From NCBI RefSeq assembly GCF_963921235.1, contig NC_086097.1:67520001-67580000 (forward strand): a stretch of 60,000 nucleotides of DNA, in the 5' to 3' direction. Positions 13,120-25,212 of this stretch are shown here, piece after piece; position 1 is the first letter of the stretch; each line of letters begins with the position of its first letter. A program made the position numbers and the translations under genes. Origin of the DNA: Mobula hypostoma. Its lineage: Eukaryota. Below the pieces are notes generated by a model that had not been told where the DNA came from, ran no database searches, and saw nothing but the letters and a program-made list of their open reading frames with translations.

Positions 13120-14297
13120 TATTATATTGTGACAAGATCTCATCTTTTATATGAAAGCTATGTTAGCTGATTCTGGCATACTGAAACAGGTTAAAATAAT
13201 TTTGTCATAAATTTTTTGTTACGTATAGATATTGATCTGGAAGGATCATATTGAAATGGAATAATGGCTAAAAGTCTTAGTAGCTGTTTGTTGAAGCCAT
13301 TTGATTACAAAGTAAATAGCAATCTTGTCAGATCATATCAAGCAGGTAGTTAGTTCCGAGTGCTTCTCTTGTGGCTTCGTGGTTCTTCTTGTATTTGAAT
13401 GCTAGCCACCTCAAAGCAAGATCAGTAAGATTGAATAAAAAGGTAATGTTTTGGTCCCTGAACTGTGCTGACTGTCTTTGCAACACCAAGCTGTAATATA
13501 AATTATTGGAATGAAATCAATAGCTTGCAACTGCTAGCACATCCTTCAATATACACTTAAGGCATGAAATATTTGCAGATCTGTGAGGAGCATAAGTTAA
13601 CCTCATTTTATTTTGCTTACTTAACAATAAACAGAAGCAATTCTTTATGAGAGATTTGATTGGAACACGTATTTATAAAATGATCATTTCTTGTGCAGAA
13701 CTTAATTACAGGAAGTACAAAATGTTTTATGATAACTTGAGATAACCTTGCAACTCACTCCGAAAAGCAAGCAAACTATCTTGTAGAATAATTAGCATTT
13801 AAAAACAATTTTATGTGACTTTTATCATCTTGGTTTGAGGTATCAAATACTATCAAAAATTTCTGTAATATTTTTGCCAGTTGCTTTCTGACTAAAATGG
13901 TTTCTTAAATGTATAAGTACTTCTGATTAACAGCAATTGATGGACAGCCAAGCATCACCATGTTGACAGTGAAAATAAACTACAATCTTTTAAGGTGTGC
14001 TGTATATAAATCAAGTTATGCCTTGTCCTACCTCTACCAGGGTTTGTGATCTGTGAGATGGAATTTGCCTCTGCTTAGTCTGCAAAAGCAGTAATATAAA
14101 TTTAAAGTTGACTGTTTTCAGTTTACCTTTGGTATAAAACGAATCCTCTTAATTGTGGTTGCAATTTCCAATACTACTTCAACATTGCTTGAGATCAACT
14201 ATTGACACAGTGTTTAGTGTGTTTAGTCTACAAATTATTTTAAATCTTTGGGCTACAAACTATGTAAAGAAGGCTAGGTAGACATTTCCAATCCCAA

Positions 14298-14513
14298 GCA
14301 ACACACATAAAAGTTGCTGGTGAACGCAGCAGGCCGGGCAGCATCTCTAGGAAGAGGTACAGTGGACGTTTCGGGCCGAGACCTGACGAAGGATCTCGGC
14401 CCGAAACGTCGACTGTACCTCTTCCTAGAGATGCTGCCTGGCCTGCTGTGTTCACCAGCAACTTTTATGTGTGTTGCTTGAAATTCCAGCCTCTGCAGGT
14501 TTCCTGGTGTTTG
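14298..14513. mobile_element. Minimal palindromic Penelope-derived insertion
   Basis: ~85-bp near-perfect inverted arms; 15-bp TSD CATTTCCAATCCCAA (14283-97 and 14514-28); hammerhead core CTGACGA...GAAACGTC at 14383-14410. Confidence 0.85.
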
Positions 14514-14625
14514 CATTTCCAATCCCAATCTTGAACTAGAGGGTGCGCAAGAATAAGTTGGATACAATTATACCTAAAACTCAAAGAAGGATACATATTG
14601 TACTTATGAGCAGTTTAAAATAAAC

Positions 14626-15435
14626 GCGCTCACAACATGCTGGAGGAACTCAGCAGGTCGGGCAGCATCCGTGGAAACGATGAGTCGATGTTTCGGGCCG
14701 GAACCCTTTGTCAGGACTGTAGAGGGAAGGGGCAGAGGCCCTATAAAGAAGGTGGGGGGAGGGTGGGAAGGAGAAGGCTGGTAGGTTCCAGGTGAAAAAC
14801 CAGTAAGGGGAAAGATAAAGGGGTGGGGGAGGAGAAGCAGGGAGGTGATAGGCAGGAAAGGTGAAGAAGGAATAGGGGAAAACACAATGGGTAGTAGAAG
14901 GAGGCGGAACCATAAGGGAGGTGATAGGCAGCTGGGGGAGGGGGCAGCGTGACATAGGGATAGAGGAAGGGAGGGGGAGGGAATGACCGGAAGTTGGAGA
15001 ATTCTATGTTCACACCAAGGGGCTGGAGACTACTTAGACAGTATATGAGGTGTTGCTCCTCCAACCTGAGTTTGGCCTCATCATGGCAGTGGAGGAGTCC
15101 AACCTGAGTTTGGCCTCATCATATTCCGCCTCCTTCTACAACCCATTGTTTTTTCCCCTATTCTTCACCTTTCCTGCCTATCACCTCCCTGCTTCCCCTC
15201 CCCACCCCTTTATCTTTCCCCTTACTGGTTTTTTACCTGGTACCTACCAGCCTTCTCCTTCTCACCCTCCCCCCACCTTCTTTATAGGGCCTCTGCCCCT
15301 TCCCTCGACAGTCCCGACAAAGGGTTCTGGCCTGAAATGTCGACTCATTATTTCCACGGGTGCTGCCTGACTTGCTGAGTTCCTCCAGTGTGTTGTGAGT
15401 GTTGCTTTGACCCCAGCATCTGCAGAGTATTTTGT
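14626..15435 (-). mobile_element. Penelope-like element fragment with inverted terminal repeats
   Basis: ~280-bp inverted arms; 13-bp TSD GTTTAAAATAAAC (14613-25 and 15436-48); GIY-YIG C-terminal peptide EEQHLIYCLSSLQPLGVNIEFSNFR. Confidence 0.85.
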
Positions 15436-15514
15436 GTTTAAAATAAACTTAGCTGTGCACAATGTTATACCCTTCTAAAATCTGTTAAGTCAAAGCATCC
15501 AAGGCATTAAATAT

Positions 15515-17068
15515 CCAGCAACACACATGAAAGTTGCTGGTGAACGCAGCAGGCTAGGCGGCATCTCTTAGGAAGAAGTACAGTCGACGTTTCCGGCCAA
15601 GACCCTTTGTCAGGATGAACTGAAAGAAGAGCTAGTAAGAGATTTGAAAGTGGGAGGGGGAGATCCAAAATGATAGGAGAAGACAGGATGGGGAGGGATG
15701 GAGCCAAGAGCTGGACAGTTGATTGGCAAAAGGGATATGAGAGGATCATGGGACGGGAGGCCTAGGGAGAAAGAAAGGGGGAGGGGTGAAGCCCAGAGGA
15801 TGGGCAAGGAGCATAGTGAGAGGGACAGAGGGAGAAAAAGAGAGAGAGAAAAAAGAAAATATATGTATACACATAATAAATAAATAACAGATGGGGTACA
15901 AGGGGGAGGAGGGGCATTAACGGAAGTTAGAGAAGTCAATGTTCATGCCATCAGGTTGGAGGCTACCCAGATGGAATATAAGGTGTTTTTCCTCCAACCT
16001 GAGTGTGGCTTCATCTTGACAGTAGAGGAGGCCGTGGATAGACATGTCAGAATGGGACGTGGAATTAAAATGTGTGGCCACTGGGAGATCCTACTTTCTC
16101 TGGCGGACAGAGCGTGGGTGTTCAGCGAAACAGTCTCCCAATCTGCACTGGGTCTCGCCAATATATAGAAGGTCGCATTGGGAGCACCGGACGCAGTATA
16201 TCACCCCAACCGACTCACAGGTAAAGTGTCGCCTCACCTGGAAGGACTGTCTGGGGCCCTGAATGGTAGTGAGGGAGGAAGTGTAAGGGCATATGTAGCA
16301 CTTGTTCCACTTACAAGGATAAGTGCTGGGAAGATTGGTGGGGAGGGATGGGGGGGGACGAATGGACAAGGGAATTGCGTAGGGAGCGATCCCTGCGGTA
16401 AGCCGGGGGGGGGGGGAGAGGGAAAGATGTGCTTAGTGGTGGGATCCCATTGGAGGTGGCGGAAGCTACGGAGAATTATACGTTGGACCCGGAGGCTGGT
16501 GGGGTGGTAGGTGAGGACCGGGGGACCCTATTCCTAGTGGGTTGACGGGAGGATGGGGTGAGAGCAGATGTGCGTGAAATGGGAGAGATGCGTTTGAGAG
16601 CAGAGTTGATGGCATGAACATTGACTTCACAAACTTGCGCTAATGCCCCACATCCCCCTCGTACCCCATCTGTTATTTATTTATATACACACATTCTTTC
16701 TCTCTCTCTCCTTTTTCTCCCTCTGTCCCTCTGACTATACCCCTTGCCCACCCTCTGGGTTCCACCCCCCCCTTTCCTTCTCCCTGAGCCTCCTGTCCCA
16801 TGATCCTCTCATATCCCTTTTGCCAATCAACTGTCCAGCTCTTGGCTCCATTCCTCCCCCTCCTGTCTTCTCCTATCATTTTGGATCTCCCCCTCCCCCT
16901 CCCACTTTCAAATCTCTTACTAGCTCTTCTTTCAGTTCATCCTGACGAAGGGTCTTGGCCCGAAACGTGGACTGTACCTCTTCCTGGAGATGCTGCCTGG
17001 CCTGCTGCGTTCACCAGCAACTTTTACGTGTGTTGCTTGAAATTCCAGCATCCACAGATTTCCTGGTG
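15515..17068 (-). mobile_element. Penelope-like element with GIY-YIG endonuclease remnant and inverted pseudo-LTRs
   Basis: ORF 16091-16369 reads FTCESVGVIYCVRCSQCDLLYIGETQCRLGDCFAEH; ~430-bp inverted arms; 14-bp TSD AAGGCATTAAATAT (15501-14 and 17069-82). Confidence 0.92.
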
Positions 17069-18545
17069 AAGGCATTAAATATGTTTGTATTCTTGCATCA
17101 AAACAATGGTTTTAAAGCTAGTGAATAGACATTACCTTCAGGGATTGCTAGAGTTAGGAATGATCTGCCTAAATATTCAGGTCTAAAGCAGATGTTCAAT
17201 GACTTGCCACTTGCTTATATACATTTTAAAAAAAAAATCACATTCCAATTGAATGATCTTGTTTTTCAGTATACATTAGCAAGTGGATCTTAGCAGTTGC
17301 AGGAAATGAGAATTGCGTTTCAAATTATCTTTGAAACAATATTCACTTTTTGTAAATCAATTTCTACTATGCGATGAAGGAAATTTTTAACTCTGCCAAT
17401 TCATCCGATGACCACTCTGAGATGGGGTTATTTAAGTGAGGCTTGACTTGCCGTGTTGACATCTATGTTGGAGACGAGCATTATCTTTTTTTTGCTTCAA
17501 ACCTTAGAGTAATGTAATAATGACATTTCATTTGCAATTATAGTAAACATCTAAATTTTATTTTAAAATGAGCTATATTTTGGCATACATTTCTGTACTC
17601 TATTCCCATTACTTTGACCTGGCTGTTTTATCCTGAGTGGCTTCTGCTAGGAACACAAGACTGCACATTTCTTCCTTAAAGAGAAATTATTTGTATTGTT
17701 CCAAACAGCATCTCCAGAAAGCAAGCACACCAAAACGGTCAAGATAATTTAGTCCTAGAAATTCAACCATGTCACACTTGCTGTTTGTGTTACAGTACTT
17801 AAATGAAGTGTAAAATCAATTGGCATTTCCTACCATGCACTCCATCAAAGCAGCTTAGAAATTGGCTGTTCCTCTGCAGATATGCACATATAAGCACAGA
17901 CAACTGGGCATAACACATCGATTTTAGTTATTGTGCAATCCATATTTGATATCAATGCCGAAACTTCAATTCTAATTTGCACCAACGCCATAGGTCCCAA
18001 CCAAAGAAGCATCGCTGAATGGAAAAAATAAATTCTTCTAGCAGTTCTTAAGAGAGCAGATCTATCAGCACCATTGTGTTTGGACAGTGGGGGGTGGGGA
18101 ATAGTAGTTAGTTGACCTAAGCGCTCTTAAAACAATAGTTTACGACCCTGTGGCATTTGGAAAGTGGAGCAGCTTGAGGTAGAGGATGCAAGGACAGGTA
18201 CAGGAACAGATCCACCACTTTTTTTGATCCTCGTATGGACATTATGGCAGCAAAGGTGGACACTTAGAGCTAGAACAAGAAGCAATTCAAATCTACCTGT
18301 CCTCATCCTATTAAAGAAAACATATGGTCTTATGAATAAAATACTTAAAAATTGAGTCCATCAGAACAGACCTCATCCTTTTTCTATTCACATGACGTGT
18401 AGGTCCTGGCAAGTCTAAGATTAATTCCCTGTTCTGAATTCAATGGCTTGCTAGATCATTTGAGAGAACAGTAAAGAGTCAAATGCACACCTTTGTTTCT
18501 GAAAATGATTGTAAGTATCTCCAAAAAGCGTCAGTAAATCCAGTG

Positions 18546-18632
18546 ACACACATAAAAGTTGCTGGTGAACGCAGCAGGCCAGGCAGCATCTCTAGGAAGA
18601 GGTGCAGTCGACGTTTCAGGCCGAGACCCTTC
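18546..18632 (-). mobile_element. Penelope terminal-repeat fragment
   Basis: Near-identical to 14301-14385 and 15521-15607. Confidence 0.8.
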
Positions 18633-18873
18633 GAGGTTGCCATGAGGAAGTAAATCCAGTGGCTGTTTATGATAATCTAGTAGTTTATGGTGCCAACTTT
18701 TTGTTACAGATTTAATTGATTGAATTTCTTCCTCTAGCAATTCTAGTGGTACTTGAAGTAGTGATTCCAGATTATTATTCCAGGCCTCTGCATGGATTCA
18801 GCCACATGATAACTATGCCTACTGAATGCTTTGCATTATCACTGGACATTGTTATCTATTAACCTAAACCTAA

Positions 18874-19131
<258 letters not shown>

Positions 19132-19533
19132 TGAAAAATGGAGAAACTTCATATATATTTTTAATTTGCATGCAGAATACAACTTGAGGGGATTACATTT
19201 TGGATCATCAACACATGGTAGCTATAGGTTAATGGGATTTGAGTTAAATCCTATTAATTTGCTCCAATATTATCAGCTTATGTTCTGATTTCCATGTTGG
19301 TGCTGCACAGAAATATACAGAAATGCAAGCCTCTTGCATTTACTCTTGTACCACATCACGATATAGACGGGAATGAAGGAAAGCAATACTCATCCACTGA
19401 TTCCTGGTCAATGGAAGGAAGAATGGCACATTACTATAATCTAACAGCTTTCGTTTATATCCCATGGGTTCGGTTCAGAGATGAGTTTTGTTAAATGAAA
19501 TAGTTCATTGCGGGAGACTTTCAAGTCATATAT

Positions 19534-19753
19534 GAAGAAGAAGAAGAAAGCCCTTAACTCCAAGTGGAGTAATCAGGATGCCGTCATGACGGCTTTTTTT
19601 TTTAGCAGGCTTTCTTATTTTTACGAGGCCGAGTTGCTAGCTCAACGCTCAACCCAGCACGGGTGGAAAGTGTGCAAGGGAGCCAGCTGGATTCGAACTC
19701 GGGAGCCTTCGCTCCGAAGTCTGGCGCTGATGCCGCTACGGCACCAGCCAACT
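19534..19753 (-). mobile_element. tRNA-derived SINE with (CTT)n tail
   Basis: B box GAGTTCGAATCC; TSD AAGTC(A/G)TATAT (19523-33 and 19754-64); same head as 1971-2158. Confidence 0.85.
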
Positions 19754-21236
19754 AAGTCGTATATAGTCATAGAAAAGTACAACTCAGGAACAGGCCCTCT
19801 AGCCCACCTAGTCTATGCCAAACCATTTAAACTGCCCACTCCCATTGACCTGCACTGGAACCATAGCCCTTCATACCCTTACCATCCATGTACCTATCTA
19901 AACTTCTCTTAAACATTGAAATCAAGCTTGCATGCACCACTTGTGCTGATAGCTCGTTCCACACTCTCACGACCCTCTGAGTGAAGAGGTTTCCCCTCAT
20001 GTTCCTCTTTAAACTTTTCACCTTTCACACTTAACCCATACTCTCTAGTTATAATCCCACCCAATCTCAGTGGAAAAAGGCTGCTTGCATATCTATACCC
20101 TCTTAATTTTGTATTACCCGATCAAATCTCCACTTAATCTTCTACATACTAAGGAATAAAATCCTAACCTGTTCAATCTTTCCTTATAACTCCGGTTTCC
20201 CAGCCCCAGCAACATCCTTGAAAATTTTCTCTGTACTCTTTCAATCTAATTTGCATCCTTCCTGATTGATTTAGAAGACCAACAACAACAGACCCAATAC
20301 TGATTCCTGCAGCACTCCAGTAGTCACAGGCCTCCAGTCAGAGAGGCAACCATTTACTATCACTCTCTGGCTTCTCCCACAAAGCCAATGTCTAATCTGA
20401 TTTACTACCTCATCTTTAATGCTGAATGACTGAATGTTTTTCACCGACCTCCCATGCAGAGCATTGTCAAATGCCTTGCTAAAGTTCATGTAGACAACAT
20501 CCTCTGCCTTGCCTTCATCAATCTGACTGGTAACTTCCTTGGAAAAACTCTGAGACTGGTTAGACACAGCCTACCATGCATGAAGCCATTCTGACTATCC
20601 CTAGTAAATCCATGTCTATCCACGTACTCATATATCTGGTCCCTTTTAATACCTTCCATTAACTTTCCCACCACTGATGTCAGGCTCACTGGCCTATAAT
20701 TTCCTTTTTATTTTTAGAACATTTTTTAAACAGCAAAACAACATTAGCTGCCCTCCAATCCTCTGCCACTAAGGATGATTTAAATATATGCTAGGTAGGG
20801 CCTCTGTAATTTCTGGACTTGGCCTGCTGCAGGGTCCGTGGGAACATCTTGTCAGGCCCTGGGGATTTATCCACCCTAATTTGCCTCAAAGAGCAAACGC
20901 CTCCTCTGTAATCTGTATAGATTCATGAAGTTGATGCTACTTTGCCTCATTTCCATAGACTCCGTGTTCATCTCCTGAATAAATACAGATGCGAAAAAAT
21001 TTAAGATCTTCCTCATCTCCTTTGGCTCTGCACATAGATTACCATTCTGATGTTCCAGGAGACCAGTTTTGTCCCTTGCAATCCTTTTGCTCTTTAAGTT
21101 ATTGGTAAAATCCCTTGGGATTTTCCATTACCTTGTCTGCTAGGGAAACCTTATGCTATCTTTTAGCCCTCCTGATTCCTTTATTAAGTGTTCTCTTGCA
21201 TTTCTTGTACTCCATAAGCACCTTATTTGTTCCTAC

Positions 21237-22070
21237 TGTTACGTACCCCGTAACTGGGTTGCCAAACCAGCAGAAATGGATCACTCAGTTGGAGTCTGGA
21301 GTACTAGAACTAAGAAAGTTTTATTAAAGAAACAAGCAACACAGTCATCGAAAGGATAATAAATGCAACAATTCAACAATGATAACCACACATGTGCACA
21401 GAATTAAGATAACAGCATCAATCAAGCTCTATCGTTGTCTAGGGGTTAAATGACCAATTTCAAAATGACTCAAAGTTCAGTCCAGTTTGTAGTTCAGTTC
21501 GCAGTAATCGCTGCCATGGCGATGGACAAGGTGGGGGAAGAGAGACAGAATAGGAACAACTGATCATTCAGAACACTGCTTCACTCACAGACCAGCGGGA
21601 TGGCTCACAAACAGCATTTGGGCAGGTCCTTGGTGATGTCACCTGAGGTCACCGACTGTGACCCCTCCTCCAGATGCGGTCGATCCTCTGCAGTGAACCC
21701 GGCACCCAGGCAAGGGCGGACACACACCGGGTTCCCGCTGATCGTACCTTTCCACCCACTCGTGAGAAGCGTACCGCTTCCAGGGTCTCGTTACCTCGGG
21801 TGGCGTGTGTGTCTGTCTTAGCGAACCTGTCCCTTTTTATCCCCCTGCTGGGGTATCGCCTGTCCATCACTTCAAACAGTTCAGGGTTCAAAGGGGGGAG
21901 CCGCTCCAGACAGCTCTTCCTCCCACATCCCTTCATTACACATCTCCAGACGCTGCTCCATTGTTCCTTATCTCTCCTTCCCCTGAGGGCAGGTGGCAGA
22001 CCAACTGCTGATGCCACTGATGCTAGCCCAGGCCAGCAAACATCTTAATTTTATGTGTATTCTCGTAACA
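21237..22070 (-). repeat. 3' LTR
   Basis: Direct repeat of 25213-26046 (offset 3976); no differences found by eye. Confidence 0.97.
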
Positions 22071-22083
22071 CTTCCCCCCTTTA
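22071..22083 (-). other. Polypurine tract
   Basis: AAAGGGGGGAAG abutting the 3' LTR. Confidence 0.85.
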
Positions 22084-22242
22084 AGGATTTTTACCGGGAG
22101 GTAAAAATTACAAACATGACTACATTATCTGATACATACACAATATACATCTTTAACAGTTATTTAGCTAATACAGAGAATTTGAAGCTGTCAACACCTT
22201 GACAGACAGTCATCACATTTTCTGTTCCTTTTACACGTGTTA

Positions 22243-25113
22243 TTAATAACTCCTTAGACCAGGCTCCAACTCAGCAAACTTCATAGTGGCCAAAAACACT
22301 GATGAATTGCGACCAATGTAACCTCTCATTTGGTTTTGTCCCGGACCACAATAACAAGGGTCGTCCCGTTCCGACTCAGTTTTCTCTCGCAAGGGCTTAG
22401 TAGGAGGGGGACGGGTATTGACCGCAGAGTTATTGCAAAACTTCCTGCAGTACCCCACCATCTCCAAAAGCCTTCTGAGGGCCCTCTTGTCTGTCGGGGT
22501 TGGGAGGTCAGCGATAGCCTGCACTGTAGCTTGCATCACTGCCAGCTGCCCCTGTGTCACCACAATTCCCAGGTAAGTGACATTCGTGTGGCTGAATTCA
22601 TTTTTTCCAAGGTTCACTATCAAGCTGGCTTCAGACAGCCGTGTTAAATTGCCAATACACACCTCTGTGTTCATCAGCCCTTTAGTCACTGAATTACTCA
22701 AAAAATATGGGTGTTGTTTACTTGGCCGCCCTATTGTAACAGACATAACCCAACGTCCCAGTTCTTTGCATTTCCTCGGGACAATCAAACACATAGGTGC
22801 GAGTCGTTTAATTACTCCTTCTAAAGATTCGCTTTGTTCGGGGATTAAGGGAGAGACCTTATCAGTAGACCTGGCCAAAACAATAGCCTTCTCCCATCTG
22901 ACCGATCCCATCCTAATCTTTTCAAAATGGTTTTTTCCTCTTATCAGGGGGCCCCTAGCTTCATTGATTTCCACGCTAACACCGACTAGGTTTGTTAGCA
23001 TATCAAAAGCCGGTGACCGTCTCAGTTCGCGTCGGTCATGATCAATAACATTTTTCCCCCTGGGCAGCCGGTAACTCTCTTTCATGATTCCACCAACTGT
23101 TTCCTCCAGCACCGCAAAATGTCCACCGGGGGGTACCTCGTGGGCCATGTTAAAAACCTCATCCCCATAACTCTTTTGCACCACCCCCCACTCCTCATCT
23201 GCGGATGCTGTACTTGATTTCCCTTTCTTCCTTAGCACTTCCTCATCCGCACAATAGCTTGTCAAGGCTGTGTCAGAGAGAGCGGTCTCGGCAAAAACCA
23301 TCAGCCCCTCGTCTCGCTCCTGCGTCTGCACAAATTCTTTCCTGGCTACTGCTACGTCCGTCCCAGCTCCCTCACTACCTCTTATCTCACTACACCCTGT
23401 CTCATACAAGGTTGGCAGGAATGTTTCAGCCAAATTCACCATCGCGGGCGGGGCCTCCATGCTGGCAGGCTGACCCGTCAATCTCACGACTGGGAACACG
23501 ATTCCTCCGGCGATGTCATTACCGAGCAAGACTTCCACGTCTTTCATCGGTAATTCGGACCTCACCCCGATCGTGACTAGTCCAGAGACCAGGTTGCTCT
23601 GTAAATGTATCTGGTGCAAAGGGACTGACTCTGTCCCTTCCCCAACACCTTTGACCTCTACCTCCCCAGTCTGGGTCTCTGAGCTAAACTCTAATACACT
23701 CTTCAATATCAATGACTGACACGCTCCCGTGTCTCTCCAGATCCGCACTGGAACTGGTTTTAACCCCTCCTTCACTGACACCAGTCCGGCCGAGATAAAC
23801 CTCTCGCGCCCTTCCTGGACTTTTTCAGACCTGTCCTTCCCTAGCGGTTCGCTTAACAGCTCAATACAGCCATTCAAAATTTCCGCTTTTCCTTTCCCCG
23901 TCTCCTTCCTTGGGGCAAAGCACCTGGACGCAAAGTGTCCGACTTTCCCACAATTATAACAGACGACTCCAGGAGACTTCCTACCAGACTGCTCCCGGTC
24001 TACCTTATCCTTTTCACTAGTCCCCGGCTTACTTTCTGACTTTTCCGGTGGACTCTCCCCGCCGTCCTGACTACCCTTCTGGTAGCCTTTACTCGGGGCA
24101 ACCTTCATTTTATGCGTCAACGCATACTCATCCGCTAACTTAGCAGTTGCGGCTAACGTGGCTGCCTCTTTCTCATCGAGGTAGGGTCTCATACCCTCAG
24201 GGACACAACCTTTAAACTGCTCAATCAGAACCAGTTGCAGCAGTCTGTCATAATCCCCCTCTACCCCCTTCGAGGCGCACCAACGCTCACAATATGTTTG
24301 CATCTCACGAGCAAACTCCAAATACGTGCGGTCCCACCGCTTCCTCGCATTCCGGAACCTCTGCCGGTATGCCTCCGGGACCAACTCATAAATCCTGAGG
24401 ATGGCCTCTTTCACCACCTCATACCTCTGGGCATCTTCCGGGGATAAAGCTGAGTAAGCTTGTTGGGCCTTCCCTTTCAGTACACTCTGAAGTAAGACAA
24501 CCCACTTATCCCTCGGCCATTCCTGACTTATGGCCACTTTTTCGAAATGGAGAAAGTACCGATCCACATCGGTATCGTCAAATGGGGGAACCAGCCTAAC
24601 CTCCTGGGTCGCCCGGAACCCTCCACCTTGGTTCGGCACGAGCCCCTGCTCGGCCCTTATCTTTAACTTCTCCAGCTCAAATTCCCTTTCCCTCTGTTTC
24701 TCCTCTCTCTCCAACTGTCTGTCCCTCTCTCTCTCTTCTCTCTCCAACTGTCTGTCCCTCTCTCTCTCTTCTCTCTCCAACTGTCTTTCTCTCTCTTGCC
24801 TTTCTACCTCTTTCTCTTTCTCCTGCCTTTCTAACTGCCGTACCCGGAACTCGTGCTCGAGTCTCAGTTTTTCCAGCTGTACCTGTACCGCGTCTCCAGC
24901 AGGTTTTTCAATAGACACCTCCCCCAGCTCACCTTGGGGAAACACACCTTTAGATACATAGTGCTCTACAATAGCTCTGTGTATCTCCTCTCTCCTCATT
25001 GTCGACTTCACCTTAGCAAGATTCACCCGTTTGGCCACAGCTATCAATTCCGATTTCCTGGCATCCTCTAATGCCTCCAAGGTCGGCGCCTTTATAAATT
25101 CCTCAACCTCCAT
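22243..25113 (-). CDS. Gag (SCAN-like capsid, CCHC knuckle)-aspartic protease polyprotein with degenerate integrase and RT stumps, 956 aa
   Basis: FEKVA..WP..KW..LLQSVLKGKAQ / PEAYRQRFR / IEQFK capsid; CYNCGKVGHFASRC; RDTGACQS..LLGND protease; AHEVPPGGH integrase HH; PSKQHPY and VTYLGIVV..AIADLPTP..LRRLLEMVGYCRKF RT pieces. Confidence 0.9.
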   Translation of the reverse strand: MEVEEFIKAPTLEALEDARKSELIAVAKRVNLAKVKSTMRREEIHRAIVEHYVSKGVFPQGELGEVSIEKPAGDAVQVQLEKLRLEHEFRVRQLERQEKEKEVERQERERQLEREERERDRQLEREERERDRQLEREEKQREREFELEKLKIRAEQGLVPNQGGGFRATQEVRLVPPFDDTDVDRYFLHFEKVAISQEWPRDKWVVLLQSVLKGKAQQAYSALSPEDAQRYEVVKEAILRIYELVPEAYRQRFRNARKRWDRTYLEFAREMQTYCERWCASKGVEGDYDRLLQLVLIEQFKGCVPEGMRPYLDEKEAATLAATAKLADEYALTHKMKVAPSKGYQKGSQDGGESPPEKSESKPGTSEKDKVDREQSGRKSPGVVCYNCGKVGHFASRCFAPRKETGKGKAEILNGCIELLSEPLGKDRSEKVQEGRERFISAGLVSVKEGLKPVPVRIWRDTGACQSLILKSVLEFSSETQTGEVEVKGVGEGTESVPLHQIHLQSNLVSGLVTIGVRSELPMKDVEVLLGNDIAGGIVFPVVRLTGQPASMEAPPAMVNLAETFLPTLYETGCSEIRGSEGAGTDVAVARKEFVQTQERDEGLMVFAETALSDTALTSYCADEEVLRKKGKSSTASADEEWGVVQKSYGDEVFNMAHEVPPGGHFAVLEETVGGIMKESYRLPRGKNVIDHDRRELRRSPAFDMLTNLVGVSVEINEARGPLIRGKNHFEKIRMGSVRWEKAIVLARSTDKVSPLIPEQSESLEGVIKRLAPMCLIVPRKCKELGRWVMSVTIGRPSKQHPYFLSNSVTKGLMNTEVCIGNLTRLSEASLIVNLGKNEFSHTNVTYLGIVVTQGQLAVMQATVQAIADLPTPTDKRALRRLLEMVGYCRKFCNNSAVNTRPPPTKPLREKTESERDDPCYCGPGQNQMRGYIGRNSSVFLATMKFAELEPGLRSY

Positions 25114-25189
25114 TTCTGCTGTTTGTCTTTTCTTTCTTTCGGGAATTTTAACCCAATCAATTTACTCCGTCCCAAATTTAGCGTTCAAA

Positions 25190-25208
25190 ATCGCGGACGA
25201 GAACCCCA
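25190..25208 (-). other. Primer-binding site, imperfect tRNA-Pro type
   Basis: TGGGGTTCTCGTCCGCGAT, 4 nt after the 5' LTR, versus canonical tRNA-Pro PBS TGGGGGCTCGTCCGGGAT. Confidence 0.7.
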
Positions 25209-25212
25209 CTTA

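Noticed and set aside
22243..25113. Domesticated SCAN/Gag host gene
   Set aside because: It is flanked by identical LTRs, PBS, PPT and TSD, so it is a mobile copy.
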